This document shows positions 46,727-55,667 of a stretch of DNA of 64,000 nucleotides, piece by piece. The stretch covers positions 57,145-121,144 of the IMG/VR virus record IMGVR_UViG_3300017917_000733, one strand, 5' to 3'. The stretch is from a virus. The notes under the pieces were generated by a model. It did not search any database. It was not told where the DNA came from and saw nothing but the letters and a program-made list of their open reading frames with translations. How positions within the stretch are numbered: the stretch's first letter is position 1; the number at the start of each line of letters is the position of its first letter. The translations under genes and the position numbers were made by a program.

Positions 46727-47011
46727 ATGACTAATAAATCTTTTCGTGATTATATTAATTTGATTGAAAATGCTCAAGGATTGCGTGGCACAGGAAATCC
46801 GGGCATGCCAACTCCATATGACCAAGGTCATACTGATGCTAAAAAAGGTAGGTCATACGATAATCCATATGACCAACCGGGGGAAGAACAAGAACATAGC
46901 CAATACAAAAAAGGTTATGAACAAGGTAAGCAAGGTGTAGCAGAAGAACAACTTGAAGAAACCAGCCCAGAAGCAATCGCTAAAATCAATGAATTGACAC
47001 GCCGCCCATAA
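46727..47011 (+). CDS. Small late protein with QGVAE motif (putative head-associated)
   Basis: TAAATA at 46714; FRDYINLIE...KQGVAEEQLEE. Confidence 0.65.
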   Translation: MTNKSFRDYINLIENAQGLRGTGNPGMPTPYDQGHTDAKKGRSYDNPYDQPGEEQEHSQYKKGYEQGKQGVAEEQLEETSPEAIAKINELTRRP

Positions 47012-47012
47012 T

Positions 47013-47102
47013 TGCTGATTCCCAAATAAAAAGATAAATAAAAGTGTAGTTCGCGGATCTGGACAATCCCAACTACTCTAACGCTATTTGGGAGCATCAG
47101 CA
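47013..47102 (+). promoter_or_regulatory. Late promoter nested in RBS-sequestering inverted repeat
   Basis: TGCTGATTCCCAAATA (47013-47028) complements TATTTGGGAGCATCAGCA (47085-47102); TAAATA at 47035. Confidence 0.7.
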
Positions 47103-47701
47103 TGAATATTTATCTCTGTGTGAAAATCCACACAAAAACAAACCTCAAGTATTTCTGTAAAACAGCAAAGAAGAATCCATATACTTACTTTGGTAGTGGC
47201 AAGTATTGGCTCAGACACTTACATTCACATGGAAAAGAGTTTGTAAAAACACTAAAAGTTTGGGAATTCAATGACGAACAATCCGCTACTAAGTTCGCAT
47301 TGAAATTCTCCAAAGACAACAATATTGTAGAGTCAAAACATTGGGCTAACTTACAGGCGGAAAACGCACTTGACGGGTGGATGCCCGGGACAAAAAGACC
47401 AACTACTACGGGTGAAAACAATCCTGCTAAACGACGGGATGTTAGGGAAAAGTTATCAAAAAACAATCCCATGAAGAACCCTGAAATCGCTAAACGATTA
47501 GGAGATAGGATCCGAGGTATTCCTAAACCATACCAAACCGGCAAGAACAACAACGCATGTCAACCGGGCGTAGGTGGCAAAATCAGCAAGGCACTTAAAG
47601 GAAAGCCAAAAGAAAGGGTTACATGTCCACATTGTGGTAAGACAGGTGGCAAGAGTAACATGACAAGATACCACTTTGAAAATTGTAAACTAAAGTATTA
47701 A
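47102..47701 (+). CDS. Free-standing GIY-YIG-like homing endonuclease with NUMOD repeats
   Basis: YLCVKIH...KYFCKT...YFGSGKYW; NNPMKN; CPHC...MTRYHFENCK. Confidence 0.8.
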   Translation: MNIYLCVKIHTKTNLKYFCKTAKKNPYTYFGSGKYWLRHLHSHGKEFVKTLKVWEFNDEQSATKFALKFSKDNNIVESKHWANLQAENALDGWMPGTKRPTTTGENNPAKRRDVREKLSKNNPMKNPEIAKRLGDRIRGIPKPYQTGKNNNACQPGVGGKISKALKGKPKERVTCPHCGKTGGKSNMTRYHFENCKLKY

Positions 47702-47711
47702 CACAAAACGG

Positions 47712-47760
47712 TTGACAATAAATCAGATACCTGCTACAATACTTGTATTGAAACTCAAAA
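47712..47760 (+). promoter_or_regulatory. Repeated early promoter cassette type B (copy 3)
   Basis: TTGACAATAAATC...TACAATACTTGTATTGAAACT. Confidence 0.8.
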
Positions 47761-47775
47761 CACAGGTAGTTATAC

Positions 47776-49932
47776 ATGAAACTTCACAATGTAGTTCAGA
47801 ACGAGGCAGTGTTGTCCAATGTCGGTTCTGTCACTTCCTTTTCTATTAAAGCAACCGCAAAAAGTTTCCGTATCTTGTCTGATGGTCTGTATGCCAACAA
47901 GGTTCGGGCTATTATCAGGGAACTCAGTTGTAACGCATACGATTCCCATGTTGCCGCGGGTAAAATCAATACCCCGTTTGATGTTCATTTGCCCAACGCA
48001 CTTGAGCCTTTCTTTTCCATCCGTGACTATGGCACAGGTCTGAGCCACGAACAGGTCACCAATATCTTCACGACCTTCTTTGAGTCCACCAAAACAGATA
48101 GCAATGACTATGTGGGTGCACTGGGTCTGGGTTCTAAGTCGCCCTTCTCTTACACTGATAACTTCACTGTGACTGCCATTAAAGATGGTCGCAAAGGTAT
48201 CTACACTGCCTTCATTAATGAGCAAGGCGTTCCGTCTATCGCACTGATGATGGAAGAACAAACCACTGATCCAGCTGGTGTCGAGGTTCGTTTTGCTGTT
48301 GATAACCGATATGACTTTGACAAGTTCCGTCAAGAGGCTCGGTATGTCTATGAATATTTCAAACTGCGTCCTGTAATCAGTGGCAACGCAGACTTTGGTT
48401 TCAAGGATCCTACTTACAAAGAAAAGGATATCATCCCTGGTGTTCATCACGCAGGTGATGGCTATAACTCCTACGCTATCATGGGTAACATCAAGTACCC
48501 GATCGAAGTGCCCAATGCTGACAAGTCTCTCGGCGGTCTGCATGGTCTGCTTTCATGCGGTCTGGTAATGGAGTTTGCGATCGGCGAGCTTGACTTTCAA
48601 GCAAGCCGCGAAGGTCTCTCTTACATTCCCGAAACGATTAACGCAATCAAGAATAAACTTGAGGCACTGAATGCTCAGTTGGCTGTGCATATTGCTACCG
48701 AAGCCAACAAGATTGACAATCTGTGGGAACGTGCAATCTATCTGAATAAGCGATATCAGGATGCTCTTTGGACACAGGCTGTAGCCAAGTATGTTATTGA
48801 TACCAAGTTTGAACTGTTCACTCCGCAACAAAGTCGTTGGGACGCACTGAAACAATTCAAGCTGGATGTGAACGAACTGGCTACCAAGTACAACATTGTC
48901 CTCAAGAGTTTCAACAAGACCAAAAGTCTTAACTCATGTTCTACTAACAAGCCGCAGAACACCCACAATAATACAAATGGTCAAGTGATTATTTCACAAG
49001 AGTGGCGTATCCGTGTCAGTGACGATACTTATTTTGTTATCAATGATACCAAAGTCGGCGCTACTGAACGGGCTAAGTTTCACTGGCGAAACATTAAAGC
49101 TGAAACATATTCTAGTACTGTGTATGTGATTGAGGCTGCTGACAAGAACAAGACTGTAAATACCGGTGCATTCTTCAAGGCACTGATGAATCCTCCCGAG
49201 GATCGAATCATGGTTGCAAGCAGCCTGCTTGAGAAGGAACGCAAGAGTGGTCTTGGTGCAAACGTGACCATCATGGTTCTGGAAGAAGGTTCACGCCGTG
49301 GTCGTTGGTCTAGTACTGTCCCCATGGTCTGGCATGATGCTGGTAAGGCTGATAGTTTTGATGACAGTACAACTTACTACTACTTGCCTCTGAGTGGCTT
49401 TCAATGTCTGGGTACATATCCTGATGTGAAGGAACTGCATTACCATCTGCAAAAGAGTGGTCTGTTCATGCAAAACATTTACGGTGTGCGTAAAAGTGAC
49501 ATTGAATGGGTCAAAACTCAAAAGAACTGGGTTAACCTTGACGAACATATCAAGGGTAAACTCAGCAAACTAGGTCAAGCAGATGTATTGGGTTTGGTCA
49601 AGAAGGCTATTGACTTCAATGAACTTTACCAGTACAATGCTACTAAACATGTCACAGATCCAAAGAGTCCTTACATTGCATTGTATAATGTTTTCAAAGA
49701 TGTAAAGAGTGAGGATCAAAGTCGCAAGACTAGTCTTGAGGCTCTGTGTCGCAACTACAAGGTGCAAACTGGTGCAAATATTGACCCGTCGGCACTGATT
49801 GATAAGTATCAAAAGGAAGTCAACGATATCTACAATCGCTATCCTCTGTTGAAGTATATCAGCAAGTATAATACTCCTGCAGAAGCTATCGGTGACTATA
49901 TTAACATGATTGACGCAAAGAAAGGTGTCTAA
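47776..49932 (+). CDS. rIIA: RIIA protein (GHKL ATPase N-terminal domain)
   Basis: LYANKVRAIIRELSCNAYDSH, RDYGTGL, STK, GALGLGSKSPFSYTD, SREGLSY. Confidence 0.9.
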   Translation: MKLHNVVQNEAVLSNVGSVTSFSIKATAKSFRILSDGLYANKVRAIIRELSCNAYDSHVAAGKINTPFDVHLPNALEPFFSIRDYGTGLSHEQVTNIFTTFFESTKTDSNDYVGALGLGSKSPFSYTDNFTVTAIKDGRKGIYTAFINEQGVPSIALMMEEQTTDPAGVEVRFAVDNRYDFDKFRQEARYVYEYFKLRPVISGNADFGFKDPTYKEKDIIPGVHHAGDGYNSYAIMGNIKYPIEVPNADKSLGGLHGLLSCGLVMEFAIGELDFQASREGLSYIPETINAIKNKLEALNAQLAVHIATEANKIDNLWERAIYLNKRYQDALWTQAVAKYVIDTKFELFTPQQSRWDALKQFKLDVNELATKYNIVLKSFNKTKSLNSCSTNKPQNTHNNTNGQVIISQEWRIRVSDDTYFVINDTKVGATERAKFHWRNIKAETYSSTVYVIEAADKNKTVNTGAFFKALMNPPEDRIMVASSLLEKERKSGLGANVTIMVLEEGSRRGRWSSTVPMVWHDAGKADSFDDSTTYYYLPLSGFQCLGTYPDVKELHYHLQKSGLFMQNIYGVRKSDIEWVKTQKNWVNLDEHIKGKLSKLGQADVLGLVKKAIDFNELYQYNATKHVTDPKSPYIALYNVFKDVKSEDQSRKTSLEALCRNYKVQTGANIDPSALIDKYQKEVNDIYNRYPLLKYISKYNTPAEAIGDYINMIDAKKGV

Positions 49933-49933
49933 A

Positions 49934-50911
49934 ATGAGCTATCCGTTTATTATTCAAGGTAACAACATTACTGTTGTGATTGGCAATAAGCCCCACACCA
50001 TCGCAAAATCGCACATTACCTATCAAAAGGTAGTTGATGCTATCAAGGCAGGTGATTGGGATCGTGTCAAGGACTTGATTGAACCTAAGCAAGTCGTACT
50101 GAACTACGGCAAAGGTAATGTCAGTGTTCAAGGTGAAACACTGTTCTGGAAGGGTAAGCCCATGCACAATGCACTGGCTACTCGCATGATTGCTATGCTA
50201 CAGGATGAGTTCCCTATCGAGCCTCTTGTTAACTTCATGGAAAACCTGATGACTAACCCTAGTAAGCAAGCGGTTCAGGAACTCTATGGTTTCCTTGAAA
50301 AGAACAGTCTGCCGATTACTCCTGATGGTCACTTCCTCGCATACAAGCGTGTGCGTGAGGACTACAAGGATTGTCATACTGGTACTATGCTCAATGCACC
50401 TGGTTGCACTGTTGAAATGGAACGCAACGAAGTTGACGATAACCGTAACAACACTTGTAGCACTGGTCTGCACTTCTGTGCCGAAAGCTACCTCAAGAGT
50501 TTCGGCGGTGCTCGTACCGTGATTGTGAAAATCAATCCGCGTGATGTAGTGTCCATTCCTAGCGACTACAACGATGCTAAGGGTCGTGCATGTCGTTACG
50601 AAGTTGTTGGTGAAGTTGGTGTTAACCCTGATGATGCACAAGAGTTTACTCAACCTGTACAGGCTAACGCTAACAACAACACTTACAAGCCTGAACCAAA
50701 GACTGGCTCTAGTGAGTTCTACAAAGGTTATCATGCAGGCTATCATGGTCTAAGATATGATGGTGGTTCACAAGATTACAGTGAAGGTTACGACAAAGGC
50801 GAACATGACAACCGCGCTGGTAACATGCGTTATCGTTATGTTTACGCCGCGCAATCTTCTAAATCTCAGGAAGCATGGCCTTTTGCTAAAGACAGTTGGC
50901 GTAACACTTGA
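49934..50911 (+). CDS. rIIB: RIIB protein
   Basis: NPS...ELYGFL...ITPDGHFLAYK, CSTGLHFC, INPRDVVSIPSDY...GRACRYEV; follows rIIA. Confidence 0.9.
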   Translation: MSYPFIIQGNNITVVIGNKPHTIAKSHITYQKVVDAIKAGDWDRVKDLIEPKQVVLNYGKGNVSVQGETLFWKGKPMHNALATRMIAMLQDEFPIEPLVNFMENLMTNPSKQAVQELYGFLEKNSLPITPDGHFLAYKRVREDYKDCHTGTMLNAPGCTVEMERNEVDDNRNNTCSTGLHFCAESYLKSFGGARTVIVKINPRDVVSIPSDYNDAKGRACRYEVVGEVGVNPDDAQEFTQPVQANANNNTYKPEPKTGSSEFYKGYHAGYHGLRYDGGSQDYSEGYDKGEHDNRAGNMRYRYVYAAQSSKSQEAWPFAKDSWRNT

Positions 50912-51645
50912 TGGATAATCTGACCTTATATTGCAATTGCTTTAAGGATCACGAAAACAATTACACCCAGTACAATCAGAAAAATCTGATGCTGGGTGCT
51001 TTTGATTTTACAAAAGAATACCGTGATTCATTAGTAAAAAGAAATTTCCTGTTTGATGATACAGGGGACAACATAAGCCATTTGAATAAATGGTTCGGTG
51101 ATCTAACTGGTACATATTGGGTATGGAAAAATACCTCTGACGAAATCGTCGGTACAAATCATTACCGTAAATTTTGGAATGAATACGAAATGTCCCAGTT
51201 AAAGTATGATGAAGATACATTGTACATTGTGTTTCCAAAGTACTTTGACTATTCTATCTATGAACAGTACCGCGATGCACATACGGCGTATGGATTATGG
51301 GTATTACAAGAGGCAGTGAAATCTGGTAAAATTGATATGTCACAGGACATATACAACAATTTGTATACACAGCAATTTCTAATTACCTGTAATATGTTTT
51401 GGGGGCACAGAAAAAACTTTGACAAAATGTGTCAAGTTTTGTTTGACATATTGTTTGAAGTGTATGAAGGTATCAAATATGTTATACCTTACATTCAGCC
51501 ACCAAATCAAACTCGCTTAATGGCATTTCTCGCTGAAAGAATCTGCACATTAATTTATATCAACAAAGACTATTATTTGGGCAACATGAAACTGACACCT
51601 GTTAATTACATGTGGAAAGTAGATACTACAAAAATACCTACTTGA
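50908..51645 (+). CDS. DUF4422-type glycosyltransferase-like protein
   Basis: DDTGDNISHLN, YWVWKN, GTNHYRKF, RLMAFLAER. Confidence 0.75.
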   Translation: MMDNLTLYCNCFKDHENNYTQYNQKNLMLGAFDFTKEYRDSLVKRNFLFDDTGDNISHLNKWFGDLTGTYWVWKNTSDEIVGTNHYRKFWNEYEMSQLKYDEDTLYIVFPKYFDYSIYEQYRDAHTAYGLWVLQEAVKSGKIDMSQDIYNNLYTQQFLITCNMFWGHRKNFDKMCQVLFDILFEVYEGIKYVIPYIQPPNQTRLMAFLAERICTLIYINKDYYLGNMKLTPVNYMWKVDTTKIPT

Positions 51646-51717
51646 TTTTACCCGAATATTAACAAAACAAATTCTGACTCGTATATAATTTAATTTTCAA
51701 CACATAGAAAGAAACAC

Positions 51718-52764
51718 ATGGCATATTTCATGCGTAACGGCAATACATATCGCATTGCCCGTAAAGAAGCACTTGATATCACTGAACATCTACCTGGCGG
51801 TAACTACACTGTCAATAAAGATGAAATGACAGGTCAACTCTACCTAGAACATATTGATAGTTTCAATCTTCCTAGTAAGATTTACGGTGACTGTTTACGT
51901 CACACTGACCGTATTGTGAATACATTCATGGATCGTCCTAATGCAACTGGTGTTATGCTCACCGGTGAGAAGGGTGCAGGTAAGACACTACTTACTAAGA
52001 ATGTTTGCGCGAAACTTGCCGCAATGGATATCCCTACAATCGTTATCAATGCGCCATGGTGTGGTGACAAGTTCAATTCATTCATTCAAAGTATTGAACA
52101 ACCTTGCGCTATTCTGTTTGATGAATTTGAGAAGGTCTATGACCGTGATGACCAGGAAAAGATTCTGACGTTGCTTGATGGTGTGTTCCCTAGCAAGAAA
52201 CTATTCCTGCTAACAAGTAACGACAAGTGGCGTGTTGATTTTCACATGCGTAATCGTCCTGGTCGTATCTTCTATATGCTTGACTTCAAGGGTGTAGATG
52301 CAAACTTCATTCGTGAATACTGCCAAGACAATTTGAACGCTAAGGATCAGATTGAACGCATTGTGAACATTTCTACAATGTTCCGTGAATTCAACTTTGA
52401 CATGCTGAAGGCACTAGTCGAAGAAATGAATCGTTATGGTGAAACTCCTCAGCAAGCATTGTCCATGCTTAATGCTAAGCCTGAGTTTGATGGTGAGACA
52501 AAGTACGAGGTCAAGATTGTTCACGAAGGTCGTGAGATTGATTATGATGCTGAATATCGCGGTAACCCACTCAGCCCTGATGGTGTCGAAATTGGTTTCG
52601 ATCCTGAGCCAGAGAATGACGATGCCGATTACATTCACAAAATCTTTACCGCAAGCACACTTGTGACTGTAAAGAATGGTCAGTTTGTTTTCGAGGACAA
52701 AGGCACTCGCATCATGCTGACACGGAAAGAGGAACGCAAGCCTAACTACTGGGACGCTTTCTGA
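51718..52764 (+). CDS. AAA+ ATPase
   Basis: GEKGAGKT, LFDEFEK, LLDG, NRPGRI. Confidence 0.88.
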   Translation: MAYFMRNGNTYRIARKEALDITEHLPGGNYTVNKDEMTGQLYLEHIDSFNLPSKIYGDCLRHTDRIVNTFMDRPNATGVMLTGEKGAGKTLLTKNVCAKLAAMDIPTIVINAPWCGDKFNSFIQSIEQPCAILFDEFEKVYDRDDQEKILTLLDGVFPSKKLFLLTSNDKWRVDFHMRNRPGRIFYMLDFKGVDANFIREYCQDNLNAKDQIERIVNISTMFREFNFDMLKALVEEMNRYGETPQQALSMLNAKPEFDGETKYEVKIVHEGREIDYDAEYRGNPLSPDGVEIGFDPEPENDDADYIHKIFTASTLVTVKNGQFVFEDKGTRIMLTRKEERKPNYWDAF

Positions 52765-52818
52765 CACAAAAATGTGTACTCTAGTAGTACACATTTTTAA
52801 TACTCAAGTATTCATTTT

Positions 52819-52852
52819 ATCGGTTCTGGCTCGCTAGGACCGATTCTTTTTT
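52819..52852 (+). terminator. Probable rho-independent terminator
   Basis: ATCGGTTCTGGC-TC-GCTAGGACCGAT followed by TCTTTTTT. Confidence 0.55.
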
Positions 52853-52945
52853 GAGGAACGATAACTGATACACCAACAAACAATTTGACGAAAAACCCAT
52901 TCTAGTGTATGATTCGGGTTCACACATACACAACGGAGTTGGTTA

Positions 52946-53476
52946 ATGCAAAAAGTATTAGTAGGTTTGGGTGGCATCGCCCTTGTTACTATCTTGGGTG
53001 TCCAACAATATCAACTGGCTACAATCTCAAATGATGTTGCCGAAATTAAGGAAGCGTTTATTACGCAAACGGCTGAAAAGGTAGCCTTCACTGAAAAAGA
53101 CCATGAATGTCTAGCCAAAAATATTTACTACGAGGCTGGCATTGAAAGTGAGCATGGCAAGTATGCTGTAGCACAGGTTACAATCAATCGGTTGAAGTCG
53201 GGACGTTGGGGCGACACTGTTTGTAAGGTTGTGTACAGTAAGGCTCAGTTTAGCTGGACACTGAAAAAGAAGTTGGAGAAGCCGCGCGGTCAAGCGTGGT
53301 ACGATAGCCAATATATTGCTCATAAAGTATTAAATGGCGAGAGGGTGAACCCTCTCAAGGAAGCCATGTATTACCATGCTGATTATGTCAGTCCCAAGTG
53401 GAAGGACAGTGTTGCAAAAATACAACAGGTTGGCCAGCATATCTTCTATACGAAACCCAAGGTTTCCGAAATTTGA
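52946..53476 (+). CDS. Cell wall hydrolase, SleB/Hydrolase_2 family, with N-terminal membrane anchor
   Basis: CLAKNIYYEA, AVAQVTINR, QFSW, YYHADYVSPKW, GQHIFY. Confidence 0.9.
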   Translation: MQKVLVGLGGIALVTILGVQQYQLATISNDVAEIKEAFITQTAEKVAFTEKDHECLAKNIYYEAGIESEHGKYAVAQVTINRLKSGRWGDTVCKVVYSKAQFSWTLKKKLEKPRGQAWYDSQYIAHKVLNGERVNPLKEAMYYHADYVSPKWKDSVAKIQQVGQHIFYTKPKVSEI

Positions 53477-53531
53477 CAATAAATCAGTTTGGGCATACAA
53501 TACATGTATTGATTGATTAAAGGAGCTTTTC
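53473..53531 (+). promoter_or_regulatory. Repeated early promoter/RBS cassette type A (copy 3)
   Basis: Near-identical to 18925-18983. Confidence 0.85.
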
Positions 53532-53774
53532 ATGTCTATCAAGCGTTTCAAACAGTCTCAAAAATTTCGTGTCTGTATCGGCAATGTGTCGTTTTATGCG
53601 ACTGCTAAACAGATTCGCTATGGTGTCGGTGACTTTTCTACTTGCAACGCCGCTACACAAAAGGCTCTGGATGCACTAGAGTTCACCCGTAGCGGTGACG
53701 GTGTTGCTGACCAGTGCGCCGTGGGTCTTGCTGGTACTTGGGAAGGTATGCAAGTTCAACTTAACATCGCCTAA
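53532..53774 (+). CDS. Hypothetical early protein
   Basis: RBS AAGGAG. Confidence 0.75.
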   Translation: MSIKRFKQSQKFRVCIGNVSFYATAKQIRYGVGDFSTCNAATQKALDALEFTRSGDGVADQCAVGLAGTWEGMQVQLNIA

Positions 53775-53775
53775 C

Positions 53776-53940
53776 ATGAATACTATTTTGTACTACTTGA
53801 ATCTTGCATTCTTGCCCCTGTTGGCATTGGTCATTCTTGTCAAAAATTTGACCCGACTGACAATCCAGGCATTTCAATGGACTGCCAGTGAGTGCAAAGA
53901 AGCATATCGTGCTAATCGGCGCGTTTTTAAAATGGATTGA
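53776..53940 (+). CDS. Small hypothetical membrane protein
   Basis: ATG 53776; hydrophobic N-terminus. Confidence 0.55.
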   Translation: MNTILYYLNLAFLPLLALVILVKNLTRLTIQAFQWTASECKEAYRANRRVFKMD

Positions 53941-53952
53941 AAGGTAAAACTT

Positions 53953-54159
53953 ATGTCTTACACCGTTTTCAAGCACAATAAAGAGTTTGGTCCGCGCAAG
54001 GGCTTAGAAGGTCCGTTTCACTACCCCAACGGTCGGGTCCTGTACTACGATCCGAAAGAAGGAAAGTACTACGATCCTCTTACCGACTTCTATGTTGAAC
54101 AGTCTGAGGTCGCTGACCTTCAGAATCAGATCCTGAGTTTGTTGGTCGGAAAAAACTAA
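53953..54159 (+). CDS. Hypothetical protein
   Basis: GLEGPF...LYYDPKEGKYYDPLTDFY. Confidence 0.75.
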   Translation: MSYTVFKHNKEFGPRKGLEGPFHYPNGRVLYYDPKEGKYYDPLTDFYVEQSEVADLQNQILSLLVGKN

Positions 54160-54183
54160 TACTTTAGTACTACACGTCCAAAT

Positions 54184-54243
54184 TTGACAATAAATGGATT
54201 TGGACATATAATACATGTATTGATTGATTAAAGGAGCTTGCAA
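54184..54243 (+). promoter_or_regulatory. Repeated early promoter/RBS cassette type A (copy 4)
   Basis: Near-identical to 45384-45443. Confidence 0.85.
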
Positions 54244-54471
54244 ATGACTGAATTCGAATCCAAGTGCTATGGTATGACTGAACAAGATATCCGTGACCAA
54301 TACATGAACAGCATTACGGCAAAGTTCACTGGTCTGGAAATGGTCGTGATGGGCATTCTGTCTGATGCTCAGGAGTGCTCGGCAATGGGCTCCAAAGAGG
54401 AAGTTCGCAAACAACTGAACATTGCCAAATTCATTCTGTCTGAAATGATGGAAGCTAAACAAGCGGCTTGA
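54244..54471 (+). CDS. Hypothetical early protein
   Basis: RBS AAGGAG; ATG 54244. Confidence 0.75.
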   Translation: MTEFESKCYGMTEQDIRDQYMNSITAKFTGLEMVVMGILSDAQECSAMGSKEEVRKQLNIAKFILSEMMEAKQAA

Positions 54472-54522
54472 CAATAATTGGGTTTGATTGTAAAATACTA
54501 TTTTAATCGTTGAAAGGTTCAC

Positions 54523-55551
54523 ATGTCTAGCATCGTTCGCATCACTTCTGGCTCTTATCGTAATGCACCTGTCAAAGGTGAAGTGTTTACACTGGTCAAA
54601 GGTTACCAACTGGGTGCAAAGGGTGGTTTCGTGACTGTGAAAAACGAAGGTCAGTTTCCCGGTCGTCCTGAAGAGGTCCGTGTGAATGTTGACAATCAGG
54701 AATCTATTGAGTTTCTGGCTGGTCGTGACAGTGTTGTGATTGAAGCACCTAAGGCACAACAGGAAAAAGAAACTGACGAACAGGCAATGGATCGTATTAA
54801 GGAACGATTCGGCGTGCTTGATGAAATGTCTAAGGCATGTATTCAAGGTGACATTCGTGCTATGATTGTCACGGGTCCTCCCGGTGTCGGCAAGTCGCAT
54901 GGTGTGACTGCACAACTGGAAAAGGCTAGCACCTTTGACAAACTTGCTGGCAAAAAGATTCGCTTTGAAACAATCAAAGGTGCAATGTCTGCAATTGGTC
55001 TGTTCGCTACACTGTACAAATATTCTGACGCTAAGAATGTGTTGGTGTTTGATGACTGTGACATTTGGGAAGATCAGGATGCACTGAACATTCTCAAGGC
55101 AGCACTTGATTCTGGCAAACGCCGTCGAATTTCTTACAACAAAGACAGTCGCCTGTTGCGTGAAGAAGGTGTGCCCAATCAATTTGACTTCAATGGTTCT
55201 GTGATTTTCATTACTAACTTGAATTTCAGCGACCGTCGTAGTGCAAAGATTAAGGCTCACTTGGAAGCTCTCCAATCTCGCTGTCACTATCTTGACCTCA
55301 CCGTGAACAGTGAGCGTGACAAAATGTTGCGTATTCGTCAAGTTCACCGTGATGCTGATGAAACGGGCGGTCTGTTTAGCGACTATGATTTCACTGAAGG
55401 TCAAGATGAAATTATCATGGACTTCATGTGGGACAATCATACAAAACTGCGCGAAGTGTCACTGCGTATGGCATTGAAGATTGCTGACCTTGTCAAGATT
55501 AGCCCGAACAACTGGAAGAATCTGGCTAAGTCTACTTGCATGAAAGAATAA
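54523..55551 (+). CDS. P-loop (AAA-type) ATPase
   Basis: GPPGVGKS, LVFDDCD, FITN, ALQSR. Confidence 0.85.
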   Translation: MSSIVRITSGSYRNAPVKGEVFTLVKGYQLGAKGGFVTVKNEGQFPGRPEEVRVNVDNQESIEFLAGRDSVVIEAPKAQQEKETDEQAMDRIKERFGVLDEMSKACIQGDIRAMIVTGPPGVGKSHGVTAQLEKASTFDKLAGKKIRFETIKGAMSAIGLFATLYKYSDAKNVLVFDDCDIWEDQDALNILKAALDSGKRRRISYNKDSRLLREEGVPNQFDFNGSVIFITNLNFSDRRSAKIKAHLEALQSRCHYLDLTVNSERDKMLRIRQVHRDADETGGLFSDYDFTEGQDEIIMDFMWDNHTKLREVSLRMALKIADLVKISPNNWKNLAKSTCMKE

Positions 55552-55597
55552 CGCCGTGTGAAGGCGGGGCAATGTCAATAAGTCCCCCACCTATTTT

Positions 55598-55621
55598 AGG
55601 AGACTAAGGTCTCCTTTTTTT
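55598..55621 (+). terminator. Rho-independent terminator
   Basis: AGGAGAC-TAAG-GTCTCCTTTTTTT. Confidence 0.85.
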
Positions 55622-55667
55622 GCCTGTTTGTTTGCTTTCTGTATGTTGAATTTTGTATAATGTACAA

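Noticed and set aside
47770-50746. Several minus-strand ORFs opposite rIIA/rIIB
   Set aside because: Shadows of conserved genes
18925-54243. Repeats as a CRISPR array or IS ends
   Set aside because: Dispersed rather than regularly spaced; they contain -35/-10 boxes and an RBS; no cas or transposase gene
54004-55440. 478-aa minus-strand ORF
   Set aside because: Runs antisense across three + strand genes and two promoters; no recognisable domain
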